Origin: Nitrososphaerota archaeon
Lineage (GTDB): Archaea; Thermoproteota; Nitrososphaeria; Nitrososphaerales; UBA57
DNA length: 6,585 nucleotides
Reading direction: 5' to 3'
NCBI GenBank assembly: GCA_013378385.1
Contig: JACAFS010000052.1
Span: 1 to 6,585, forward strand
Part shown: positions 6,518 to 6,585 of the stretch, in pieces
Numbering within the stretch: the stretch's first letter is position 1
Layout: the number at the start of each line of letters is the position of its first letter
Program-made: the position numbers and the translations under genes
The notes under the pieces: generated by a model
Database searches by the model: none
What the model saw: the letters and a program-made list of their open reading frames with translations, nothing else
What the model was told of the DNA's origin: nothing

Positions 6518-6585
6518 TGTATATTTTTATCATGGAATTCATTCAAACAATAAATACATATCTGCAATTATTTATTGAAAGCTAT
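6517..6585 (+). CDS. Possible 5' end of the next gene (3'-truncated by the window). Hydrophobic N-terminus MYIFIMEFIQTINTYLQLFIESY.
   Basis: The frame stays open from ATG 6517 to the last base of the window, with a second in-frame ATG at 6532. Only 23 codons are visible, so no product can be called. Confidence 0.25.
   Translation, partial: MYIFIMEFIQTINTYLQLFIESY

Noticed and set aside
1-6585. A novel defence, mobile or biosynthetic system spanning the window
   Set aside because: Four of the five genes are universal archaeal housekeeping functions (Ard1, Trm5 family, ABCE1, Cdc48). There are no integrases, transposases, nucleases, toxin-like small ORFs, flanking direct repeats, CRISPR-like periodicity or obvious compositional shifts. 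The shared translation and proteostasis theme is ordinary core-genome clustering, so claiming a new system would be unsupported.
6424-6585. Possible small RNA (C/D-box sRNA or tRNA) in the AT-rich region downstream of cdc48
   Set aside because: There are no C box (RUGAUGA) / D box (CUGA) pairs, no tRNA-like GC-rich stems and no conserved T-loop sequence. The region is better explained as terminator plus next promoter.

Overview
This is a visibly AT-rich window (roughly one-third G+C by eye, not computed). Coding density is very high and every recognisable protein is archaeal. It holds five substantial genes in three transcription blocks. (1) On the + strand, a divergent LarA-like/DUF2088-like ORF whose frame is open to the left edge of the window, followed 25 bp later by an Ard1/RimI-type N-terminal acetyltransferase with a TTG start. 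(2) On the - strand, ABCE1/RLI (ribosome recycling ATPase with two 4Fe-4S clusters), followed 17 bp later by a short Trm5/Taw2-family tRNA methyltransferase. That gene converges on the acetyltransferase with a 4-bp gap. (3) On the + strand, a canonical two-ring Cdc48/VAT AAA+ unfoldase, divergent from ABCE1 across a 91-bp intergenic region with back-to-back TATA boxes. A possible next gene starts near 6517. I see no rRNA, tRNA, CRISPR array, transposase, integrase, long repeat or defence-type gene. This reads as a conserved translation and proteostasis housekeeping neighbourhood, and I find no convincing evidence of a novel multi-gene system. The items most worth a second look are the apparently degenerate LarA-like protein and a perfect 7-bp inverted repeat over the predicted cdc48 transcription start. 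All homology statements rest on by-eye motif recognition, not on searches.
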